This document shows, in pieces, positions 24,889 through 33,303 of a stretch of 35,735 nt of DNA. Each line of letters starts with the position of its first letter. Positions within the stretch are counted from its first letter, which is position 1. The DNA comes from a virus (taxonomy: Duplodnaviria; Caudoviricetes). The notes under the pieces are model-generated. The model did no database searches and was not told the DNA's origin. It saw only the letters and a program-made list of their open reading frames with translations. Location of the stretch: the IMG/VR virus record IMGVR_UViG_3300009079_000055, positions 1 to 35,735 of that record; one strand, 5' to 3'. The translations under genes were made by a program, and so were the position numbers.

Positions 24889-26394
24889 TTACTTTTCTAC
24901 TTTTGATTCTAACATTTCAACTTTTACTGTTAGTTCTTTGATAGCCTCGATTAGTAGTGGAACAATCTTCTCGTATTTTACTGTCTTGTAATTCTCGCCA
25001 GATTTTGATGTTCCGTCATCGGCAATGTCAAATGGTGCTGGAACTACTACTTCAGGAAGAACTGCTTCAACTTCTTGAGCAAGAACACCAGCATATCTGT
25101 TTTCATCTGTATAGCCGAATGATTTGGCTAGATCATTGTGTTTGTATGTGATACCCGTAATTAACTTCACTTTAGATAGAGCATCGGTAATTGTTTGGAT
25201 ATCACCTTTCAATCTAGCATCGGAACTAAATGCTGTGATATCACCAGTTGCAGTTATCGCACCTGACACAGCGAGTGATGTTAGTCCTGAGATAGAACCA
25301 CCAGAAATGGACACTGATCCGGACGCTTGATAAGCCATTGTAGATATGGTGCCACCCGTTGTAGCGAGTGATGTTAGTCCTGAGATTGTACCACCAGTAA
25401 TAGTTACTGCACCAGAACCTTGTGTGGCCATGCTACCAAGACCCAGATTAGTTCTTGCATCGGTAGCATTAGAAGCTCCAGTGCCGCCATCTGCAACCGC
25501 AAGGTCTGTTATACCTGTAATTGAACCACCAGTTATAGATACCGCACCGGATCCTTGTGTGGCAATCGTTCCAAGACCTAAACCACTTCTTGCAGCGGCT
25601 TGAGTAGTTCCTCCTGTACCGCCATTGGCAACGGCAATTGTAGTTGCAGTCCAGGTGCCAGCGGTAAGTGTGCCCACACCCGTAATGCCTGTGTATGAAC
25701 CGCTCATACGCGCGGAAGGAACTGTACCTGATGTTAAGTTTGTAGCATCTCTTGCAACAGTATTAGCTCCATTCAATGTCGCTATTGTAAAGTTATTGGC
25801 TGCTGTACCGCCTGTATCCATTCTACTATTAGCTCTAGCCCAAACAACATTAGCGTATGAGTTAGCTCCTAAACCAACAGTAGTATTGGCGCCAGCTAAT
25901 GTTGCTTTAGTAAAGTTATTAGCACCATTGCCAACTGCTGTATTAGCACCATCTATTGTAGCTATAAAACCAGTACCTGATACTGAATTTATTGATAAAG
26001 CATAAGCGTTAGCACCAGCACCAACTGCTGAGTTTGCACCAGCTATTGTTGCTGAAGCAAAAGCATTAGCTTGTTGGCCAGCTAAATCCATTCTGACATT
26101 TGCTCTACCCCATACAACATTAGCGTATGAGTTAGCTCCTAAACCAACAGCAGCATTTGCGCCAGCTATTGTAGCTAAAACAAAAGTGTTAGCACCAGCT
26201 ATAGTTGCTGAAGCAAATGCGTTTGCTTGAACACCAATGTTGTTAGCATATGCATAAGATGGAGAATTATTGCCTCTATTATATAAATCTAAAATATTGC
26301 CTTCAAAGGCATTACTTTGAACGGCTAACTGGTTTGTTCTAGTGCGCCATATGTCAAAGGTATCTGTTAATGCTACGTTTGCTATTAATGCCAT
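24889..26394 (-). CDS. Tail fibre with C-terminal intramolecular chaperone (peptidase S74), 501 aa
   Basis: GDITAFSSDARLK cleavage motif, GVLAQEVEAVLPEVV, V.YEKIVPLLIEAIKEL; GGTG...AR..LGLG repeats; N-terminal TDTFDIWRTRTNQ. Confidence 0.88.
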   Translation of the reverse strand: MALIANVALTDTFDIWRTRTNQLAVQSNAFEGNILDLYNRGNNSPSYAYANNIGVQANAFASATIAGANTFVLATIAGANAAVGLGANSYANVVWGRANVRMDLAGQQANAFASATIAGANSAVGAGANAYALSINSVSGTGFIATIDGANTAVGNGANNFTKATLAGANTTVGLGANSYANVVWARANSRMDTGGTAANNFTIATLNGANTVARDATNLTSGTVPSARMSGSYTGITGVGTLTAGTWTATTIAVANGGTGGTTQAAARSGLGLGTIATQGSGAVSITGGSITGITDLAVADGGTGASNATDARTNLGLGSMATQGSGAVTITGGTISGLTSLATTGGTISTMAYQASGSVSISGGSISGLTSLAVSGAITATGDITAFSSDARLKGDIQTITDALSKVKLITGITYKHNDLAKSFGYTDENRYAGVLAQEVEAVLPEVVVPAPFDIADDGTSKSGENYKTVKYEKIVPLLIEAIKELTVKVEMLESKVEK

Positions 26395-26398
26395 TTGT

Positions 26399-26614
26399 CT
26401 ATTCTACCAACTTTTTTAATAGTGATTTAATTTCTTCTAGATCGGTTTCCAGCTTATCAATCTTAGATACTTTTTCTTCTAAAGTATTTATCTGTCTTTC
26501 GGTTCTTCTCATAGCATCGCGTCTCTTTTTGTATTTCTGAAGGGCCTCGTTATCTTTATTAACGAGGACACCTTCCGATACTTTATATATTCCTGGAATC
26601 TCAGTTTTTTTCAT
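26399..26614 (-). CDS. Small coiled-coil hypothetical protein (71 aa)
   Basis: G.LVN.D...L..YK.RR...LEEIKSLL; tightly packed after the giant virion gene. Confidence 0.7.
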   Translation of the reverse strand: MKKTEIPGIYKVSEGVLVNKDNEALQKYKKRRDAMRRTERQINTLEEKVSKIDKLETDLEEIKSLLKKLVE

Positions 26615-26618
26615 GATT

Positions 26619-29600
26619 TTAAATCTGCAATGCTATGGTTCTTAGATCAGCCACTCTTGGAACAACTGCGCTGTTTCCACCATCAATGCAACCAAGAAGA
26701 CCGACTTTGATCTGGAAAGACTTGAAGGACTTGAATGGCACCAGTGCGCTGTTTAAGTATGTGAATATTCCATCAGCGTCTAATGATGTTGCTGGCAAGA
26801 CAAACTTATATTCTTTGAAATCATTCTTGTTAGCGAATGAAGAATATGTGCTGTCACCACCGTAAGTCTTTTCCATCTCAACCCAATTTATTTGTGCCAT
26901 AGGATCTGAATCTTCACCGTTCAATAGCTTTATCCAAACCTTCACATCTGTGGTTGGTGGGCGATAAGCAGTTAAGAACACATTCATATCTTCAGCATCT
27001 TGGAAATCTGCTAGAGTTATGATCTTTGAGATGTACTTGTTAAACAATTGCCCACCGTCTGTTCCGTTTTCACCAGTAGTATCTGAATTTACCAAGTTAT
27101 CAACAATAACAGAGTGTGATCTTGAAAGATCAAATATTGGAGTTAGATAGTTTGTGTCCGTAGACATTGTAATTCTAACTCTATTAGAACGCGATGAGCC
27201 TAAATTGGCAACTTCATTAGAACGAGAGAAAATTGCCTTTTCTTCGTCAAAGGTATAGTTCTCACCAGCATCAAAATTAAAGTATGTAGTGATACCGCTT
27301 CCACTTGAATTTGCAGCTACCGCCATTTCATATACAGTTCTTGTACCAGCAAAATTGATAATTGTAGGTTCAAAATCTATAACAGAATATCTTTGATTTT
27401 CTACAGATTCAATAGTTCCATAACCTTCATCTGAAATATCAAATAGAATTTCACCATTTGAGAACAAGCTATTTGAATTGGTCAATATCATTTGAGTCTT
27501 TGTTGGAGATTCCTTATAATACTCAAGATATCCAATGCCTCTACCGATAGTGGCAATTGCGGCCGATCCTCTTGAAGTGCCATCTGTTCCATTATAAATC
27601 GTTACTGCTTCCGAAGCCGTAAATCTGATATTTGATGTTTTATAAGTTCCACTAGAAACACTGATAACTTTAGCATTGACACCAGATGTTGTTCCGACAA
27701 TAAAATCACCAACAAGGGCAGAAGTTGCTCCTGATAATGTCAATCTTTCTCCTGTCACGAATGGTTCGCCAAATCCTTCCAGACTGCCAACGATATCTTT
27801 CATGTAGAACTTTTCTTTTGGCTTATTTCCAATTTCAAATGTTCCTGTTCCTGTATAGAACGCGGCTCGATACCACTTACATGTAATATCAACTTGGTCT
27901 TGTAGAACCCAAATTGTATCGTTGTTTGTTGTGAAGGTTGTGCCAGTGTAAGAACGACTATTTACTGGTTGCCCTGTGTTAATATCAGTCTGGCCGATTC
28001 TTGACATCCAGAAGTAATAGTTTGGATTAGCCGCTTCTGGATGAATAATAAACGCATATGATTTATTAGCATACAAGAATATCGGCGCTTCAAAAGTGAC
28101 CTTTAGTCCATTTGTTTTTCCATCAGTTGAAATTGGAATTTCACCGTTTCTAAACCAAATAGCAGAGAATGGAACAGCATTTCTAGTAATGCCGCCACCA
28201 GCGTCAAGTTCTCTTACTTCACACCACATTCCAAGTGTAGGATGTTTTTCCGCACAATATATTTCAACAGCGGTCAAGAATACGCCTTCTTCAGTTCCAG
28301 GAACTTTAATAGGCATAACATAAGCAAGACATGCATTACTCTTATTGTGTGTTAAGAAGTCTTCAACCCAATATGTGTGGTCTGAACTATCATCAAGAGT
28401 TAGAGCATACACTTTCTTATCAGCATCATCTTTTTCTGTAACAATCTTATTAACTGGAACAAATCCACTTGTATGAAGAACTTCCTCTTCATTTGTCATT
28501 GGATCCCAATTGATGTTTGGAACATTATCACGAACAAGATGATTGTGATAATCGCCAATCTTGTAAGATGACCAACCCTTGTTTGTTAAGAATGGATGAT
28601 CTTCAGTAGCAAATGGTTCATGACCGGCAAAACCGTATAACTCTCTATCACCAAGATCAGTGATGATAATATCAGTTACCATCGCACTACCAGTTCTGCT
28701 AAGAACTTTATCGCCGTTCTCAACATCACAAATTGCTTTCTTAGTACCGTCGGCCATGGTTACCATAGCATAAGGCACAAAGCAGCATATTGGTTGCTGT
28801 CTAACCGGAGGTGGCGGTGGCACAATTCGCGGCTTACGCGGCGGTATCACTATCGGCGGCTCCGGAGGAGGAGGTGGAGGCGGCGGCAACGGTGGTGGTG
28901 GCGGCAACGGTGGTGGCGGCGGAGGTGCCGGCGGCGCACCAGGCGGCAGAGGCGGCGGTGGTGGTGGCGGTGGTGGCGGTGGCGGCGGCGGAGGTGGCAA
29001 CACCGGTGGCAATACTGGTGGAGGTGGAGGTGGCGGCGGCACCGGAGGTGGTGGAGCTGGCGGTGGAGGTGGCGCAGGCAATGGCGGTAAGGTATCAAAA
29101 GTATTGTAGCCATAGCTTTCAGTCAAAGGAGTAGTTCTTATATCAACTTGTCTTGTTGAAAGAATTGTTTCCTGCTTAGTTTCAACCATGCCTTGAGCAA
29201 AGAATGTCTTTGTGGCATAAGATGTTTCTTCAGATGTGTTTGTTAGACTGTCCGTAATCTTAACTACTTTTGAACCTACAGTAAATCTTAAGTTGTTTGA
29301 ATTTGGCAAACTCAATCTAAACCACAACTGCCCTTCTGGATTAGCTAGAAGATCATCGCCAATAGAGAATGTTGGATTTAAAGTATCAAAAGCAAGATAT
29401 TCATCATAAGTTATTGGTCTTACATAACTTGTCATATCAATGTTGTCAAAGAATACCTTATATTTTGCATATGGTTTAATACCACTGACAGATCCTATCA
29501 ATACCTGAGGTCTGATATAAGGTATAATTTCGGTACTAACAAGTTTAGTTCCTGTAGAAACGGTATCTTGATCCACAAAGGTGTAAGATTCAGAACCGGT

Positions 29601-32600
29601 TCTATCATTCTGATACGAAGTTTCAATTGTTGCGCCAAGTGATGTTGTTCTAATATTTTGAGCCTGACTATATGCTTCATTGTAGGTAGAATATGTTCCT
29701 ATTAATACTCTATTGTCGGCTGTTCCTTGATAAACTTTATATCCAGTAACACTAGTTTGCCAAGCATTCCATGTAGTTGTCACACCACCAACTTGCTGTG
29801 CATCTGCCAAACCATCAAGATTTGTATCTGAGAAAGATACTGTTTGTGGTGGTAAAGTGGTTGTATCAATCCATATGTCACTATCTGGAACAAGTGTCAT
29901 ATTTCCAATAAAGGCATATGATGATTTTTCTGTGTTTATTGTAGCAGTAACAGAAGAAACATTTGCATATTCAACTTCATAGTAATCAAGAGTTACTATA
30001 TCGTTTATTCTTCTTACATTTTCTCCTGCTAGATAATCATAGTTAATAGACTGCATAGAATATAGAGGGCGGATGCTGTTTTCAGCAGGATCCACAACAA
30101 TGCGGTAATCTTGATTTGTTGTGTCGCCTAATGTGTGATTGCGGAAAGTATCAACAAAGATACCATTCTTGAATCTATCAAGACCATTTTCATCTTGAAT
30201 CAACATATCAGCAGCACTCTTCTCTAACAAGCTAAGTGAGGCATAATATTCAAGACTTGCAATTCTGCTCTTCATAACACCAAGATCACGCATAGTCTGA
30301 CGAACAGGAGCAATTTTTCTGCTTGTACATGCGATATCTTGTCTATCTATGATCTTAGCATAGTATGGAGAGATGGATGGAAATGGAGCAATAGTTAGTA
30401 CAGCTAAAGCCAATTCATTTTCTGGTGTTTGCGGCGTAACAGGTAAAGGTCCTGGTTCTCCCTGTGTAATAGTGAAAACTTTATTTTTACTTACCGAAAC
30501 AATATCTTTTCTTGCAACATAGTATGAGTAATCAAAATTGATTTCAGAAGATGGTGAAGCCAAGGCAAGAGAACTAAATGTAAAGTTAAATGTGTTTGAT
30601 TTTCCTGGATTTATTGTTACGCTGGCACTTGCAGGATCTGTTGTATCGTTGGCTGTAAGTGACTTTACAGGTCTAAAATCGATATAATTTCTTAAATCAT
30701 ACTTCTTACCAGAAGATGGAGATTTGTAGATAGGAATTTCGGCTGTGCTTATTGTTGAACTTGACGATGTAAGATCATTTACTGGATAAGAATCAACAGT
30801 GAAGAATCCTTTACCTACTGAGAAGTCAGGTATAAAATAGTCCAATTCAACAAGAAGTCTATCTGTTGTAGCAAGACTTGTTGTTGGTTTGATAGTAGCT
30901 ATATCGTACAGTGTATCTTTTTGCCCATTGTTAAAGATAAATTGAGATGTAACTACTGTTCCATCAGTATTTGATGTTGGGAAACTTGAGGATTTCTTTA
31001 CTATGCTCTTTATTTTATAAACATCAGAGAATCCAAGATTGTATGGTCCAGTTGTACCTGAAGCGGCAGAAGCACAATTAATCTTAACATATCTGCCTGG
31101 TCTTAGTGTTTTAGCTGATTCTATGGCAGATGTTCTTGATGCTCTGAATGATATTGCTGCTGATGTACCGCCTGCTGGGAAAGCTTCATTTAGATTTAAT
31201 GTTAATGTTGGACTAGCGGCCGTTACAGAACGAACAGCCCCAGTTCCCATACCAAATGATGTTAGATCAATATAACTACCAGCACCATAGTGTCTGTACA
31301 TAGTAGAACTTACAGCCTGATATAATGTAGGTTCTGCTATTGTTAATGAAGTATCAGTTGTTGGTGTAGACAAGACGGTATATGTATTAGAGTGCCCTGT
31401 AAATTGAACTTTTTCTCCAGCTGTTAGGCGTCTGAAAGTTGTGCCAACTCCTGTGATAACATTTGCTGTGCCAACGCTAGATACTGTTCCTGACATAGCA
31501 ACATTTACACTTGTTTCAAGATTTAAGAAGATTTCTCTCTTATCTGTTGTAGATAATGTTCCTGTATAAGGAATAGAATCAGAACCCGGTGCAGTTGCGG
31601 TAAATGAACCGTCGGATGCAATTGTTACTGGTAATGTTGTTGTATAATAATAAGTTGTGTCAGATGCATCATTATTTGTTCCATCTTTTACTTTTCTGGT
31701 AAAATTTGAACCTGTGTAATACAATAGAGGTGCGTTGAACGGTTCTCTTAAAACTGTATTGTTTGTTACAATGTCTGGAACAATATCAGCACCAAAATTT
31801 GCTTTTGAAATAGAACTATTGTCAATATACAAACTCTTTACAGAAGAGAAACTATTGATTCCAAGCATACGAATATCTGATAGATAGATATCCGCTCTAC
31901 CATCTACTGTACCCAGTACTCCATTATTATATTCAACGCTCATTACGGTAGCAGTACCGACGGTATTACCTATGGCAACTTCTGCAAATCTGCCATTTGA
32001 AATTCTCTTATTAAATCTATCAATAAGCTTGATATTTGTACCTTCATCAAGTTCAAGATGGCCAGTCATTTCATTGACTGTAACATACGATCCCATGAAA
32101 GCAGATACAATTTGAGAATTTACATTGGTATAATTTATAGATTTAGGAGTTGAAAGATATTCGGCCACAGCAGTGCCAACTTCATATCCCTTAACATAAG
32201 CTGTACCTGCACTTATACGAACTGCTATAACATTAGCATCAGGATTTTCAGAAGCAGCAACTAAACCACCATTTGTACCTGAATCCGCATTTTCTCTAAG
32301 TTCAACATCTAGACCTGAAACATAGTAGTCTCCAGATTCGTCAAAGGTTCTCTTTGCAAGTTCATCTTTAAGAATACTGTATTCTGTTCTCTGATTATAA
32401 GTTTGAATTACGCCTTCTTTAATAGTGAAGAGAGTTGTAAAATCTGGAACACCTGACGCATCATCAAATGCGCGAGATTCAAGAACTGCGGACAATCTCA
32501 AACGATCTGCGCCAGGTGCGGAATAGTTAGAAGATTCAAGAGCGGGATCAAGTAGACTGCTATCGAGTGTATAATCAACAATGTTTTCGACTATATTAAA

Positions 32601-33278
32601 TCCAACTTTAGCTGTTGGCTTATCGCTATAGCGATCTAGAATAACTTCCTGTTCTGGAAAATATACAAAATGTTCTTTAGCAAATACAACACCTTCTGTA
32701 ATACGAAAAACTGATCCTTTACCTATAGGATTTGAGTTTGATGATAGGACTACAACATTACCTACATTTGATACAAGAGTTTCACCAGCGGAAAATGTTT
32801 TCTGTGCTGTATTTGCTAAATCAACCGATAGATAATCAACATAGAGTGTTTTGGTAGTAGAACTAGTATCTGAACCATCAGCAACAATACTAATCTGCGC
32901 TGTAACATTAGATAATGCACCACGGACAATTGCGCCATCAAAGTTAGATAGCGTTATTGTATTGCCTGTTTCATTAACATCTCTAATTTTTACATAATTA
33001 AGAGGTCCAGTTGAAGAAATGTTATTGGCAAATAGTTGAAAATTGCCAGGAATAACAATTGTACCTTCTTTGAAAACATGTCTACCAAATCGGGTAATCT
33101 GCTTTTGCAGAATTGTCTGCATTTGGGTAAGTTCGCGGCCCTGTACGGCAAATCCAGGCTTATAGAGGATTCTGTAATACTCTTTCTTATCTTCATAATC
33201 GTCATAATATGGAGTTACATTCAAATCTGTTGATAAGTTGTAAGCCTCTGTATTTGCGTAATCTGAACCTACAGTCAT
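26619..33278 (-). CDS. Giant virion structural protein, DUF4815/VrlC-like (2219 aa), with polyproline tract and Hint domain
   Basis: LNVTPYYDDY...RILYKPG.AVQ.RELTQMQ, APGADRL, LAKRTFDESGDY, LEYYASLSLLE, DRFKNGIFVD.F, terminal PRV.DLR.IAL. Confidence 0.88.
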   Translation of the reverse strand: MTVGSDYANTEAYNLSTDLNVTPYYDDYEDKKEYYRILYKPGFAVQGRELTQMQTILQKQITRFGRHVFKEGTIVIPGNFQLFANNISSTGPLNYVKIRDVNETGNTITLSNFDGAIVRGALSNVTAQISIVADGSDTSSTTKTLYVDYLSVDLANTAQKTFSAGETLVSNVGNVVVLSSNSNPIGKGSVFRITEGVVFAKEHFVYFPEQEVILDRYSDKPTAKVGFNIVENIVDYTLDSSLLDPALESSNYSAPGADRLRLSAVLESRAFDDASGVPDFTTLFTIKEGVIQTYNQRTEYSILKDELAKRTFDESGDYYVSGLDVELRENADSGTNGGLVAASENPDANVIAVRISAGTAYVKGYEVGTAVAEYLSTPKSINYTNVNSQIVSAFMGSYVTVNEMTGHLELDEGTNIKLIDRFNKRISNGRFAEVAIGNTVGTATVMSVEYNNGVLGTVDGRADIYLSDIRMLGINSFSSVKSLYIDNSSISKANFGADIVPDIVTNNTVLREPFNAPLLYYTGSNFTRKVKDGTNNDASDTTYYYTTTLPVTIASDGSFTATAPGSDSIPYTGTLSTTDKREIFLNLETSVNVAMSGTVSSVGTANVITGVGTTFRRLTAGEKVQFTGHSNTYTVLSTPTTDTSLTIAEPTLYQAVSSTMYRHYGAGSYIDLTSFGMGTGAVRSVTAASPTLTLNLNEAFPAGGTSAAISFRASRTSAIESAKTLRPGRYVKINCASAASGTTGPYNLGFSDVYKIKSIVKKSSSFPTSNTDGTVVTSQFIFNNGQKDTLYDIATIKPTTSLATTDRLLVELDYFIPDFSVGKGFFTVDSYPVNDLTSSSSTISTAEIPIYKSPSSGKKYDLRNYIDFRPVKSLTANDTTDPASASVTINPGKSNTFNFTFSSLALASPSSEINFDYSYYVARKDIVSVSKNKVFTITQGEPGPLPVTPQTPENELALAVLTIAPFPSISPYYAKIIDRQDIACTSRKIAPVRQTMRDLGVMKSRIASLEYYASLSLLEKSAADMLIQDENGLDRFKNGIFVDTFRNHTLGDTTNQDYRIVVDPAENSIRPLYSMQSINYDYLAGENVRRINDIVTLDYYEVEYANVSSVTATINTEKSSYAFIGNMTLVPDSDIWIDTTTLPPQTVSFSDTNLDGLADAQQVGGVTTTWNAWQTSVTGYKVYQGTADNRVLIGTYSTYNEAYSQAQNIRTTSLGATIETSYQNDRTGSESYTFVDQDTVSTGTKLVSTEIIPYIRPQVLIGSVSGIKPYAKYKVFFDNIDMTSYVRPITYDEYLAFDTLNPTFSIGDDLLANPEGQLWFRLSLPNSNNLRFTVGSKVVKITDSLTNTSEETSYATKTFFAQGMVETKQETILSTRQVDIRTTPLTESYGYNTFDTLPPLPAPPPPPAPPPPVPPPPPPPPVLPPVLPPPPPPPPPPPPPPPPLPPGAPPAPPPPPPLPPPPPLPPPPPPPPEPPIVIPPRKPRIVPPPPPVRQQPICCFVPYAMVTMADGTKKAICDVENGDKVLSRTGSAMVTDIIITDLGDRELYGFAGHEPFATEDHPFLTNKGWSSYKIGDYHNHLVRDNVPNINWDPMTNEEEVLHTSGFVPVNKIVTEKDDADKKVYALTLDDSSDHTYWVEDFLTHNKSNACLAYVMPIKVPGTEEGVFLTAVEIYCAEKHPTLGMWCEVRELDAGGGITRNAVPFSAIWFRNGEIPISTDGKTNGLKVTFEAPIFLYANKSYAFIIHPEAANPNYYFWMSRIGQTDINTGQPVNSRSYTGTTFTTNNDTIWVLQDQVDITCKWYRAAFYTGTGTFEIGNKPKEKFYMKDIVGSLEGFGEPFVTGERLTLSGATSALVGDFIVGTTSGVNAKVISVSSGTYKTSNIRFTASEAVTIYNGTDGTSRGSAAIATIGRGIGYLEYYKESPTKTQMILTNSNSLFSNGEILFDISDEGYGTIESVENQRYSVIDFEPTIINFAGTRTVYEMAVAANSSGSGITTYFNFDAGENYTFDEEKAIFSRSNEVANLGSSRSNRVRITMSTDTNYLTPIFDLSRSHSVIVDNLVNSDTTGENGTDGGQLFNKYISKIITLADFQDAEDMNVFLTAYRPPTTDVKVWIKLLNGEDSDPMAQINWVEMEKTYGGDSTYSSFANKNDFKEYKFVLPATSLDADGIFTYLNSALVPFKSFKSFQIKVGLLGCIDGGNSAVVPRVADLRTIALQI
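28344..28784 (-). other. Hint (intein-like) domain, 147 aa, no endonuclease
   Basis: Block A CFVPYAMVTMADG, block B FATEDHPF (TxxH), block F KVYAL, block G YWVEDFLTHN; next residue is Lys. Confidence 0.9.
28804..29090 (-). repeat. Polyproline-coding low-complexity GC-rich tract (~95 codons)
   Basis: (ggc/ggt/gga)n on the plus strand = CCN codons on the minus strand; LPPLPAPPPPPAPPPP...PPPPPV. Confidence 0.95.
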
Positions 33279-33303
33279 TTAGTCTTTTTCCTCTTCACTG
33301 GGA

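Noticed and set aside
18820-26394. Diversity-generating retroelement TR/VR pair suggested by Mtd-like N-termini and duplicated blocks
   Set aside because: No reverse transcriptase in the window; mismatches between copies are not adenine-specific; both copies are coding
28344-28784. Hint domain as a mobile homing intein
   Set aside because: No LAGLIDADG/HNH insert, Lys at +1, and the site is a low-complexity variable region rather than a conserved active site
28794-29134. Arg/Trp-rich, Ala/Val-rich and His/Arg-rich overlapping ORFs
   Set aside because: Alternative frames of the stop-poor GC-rich polyproline tract
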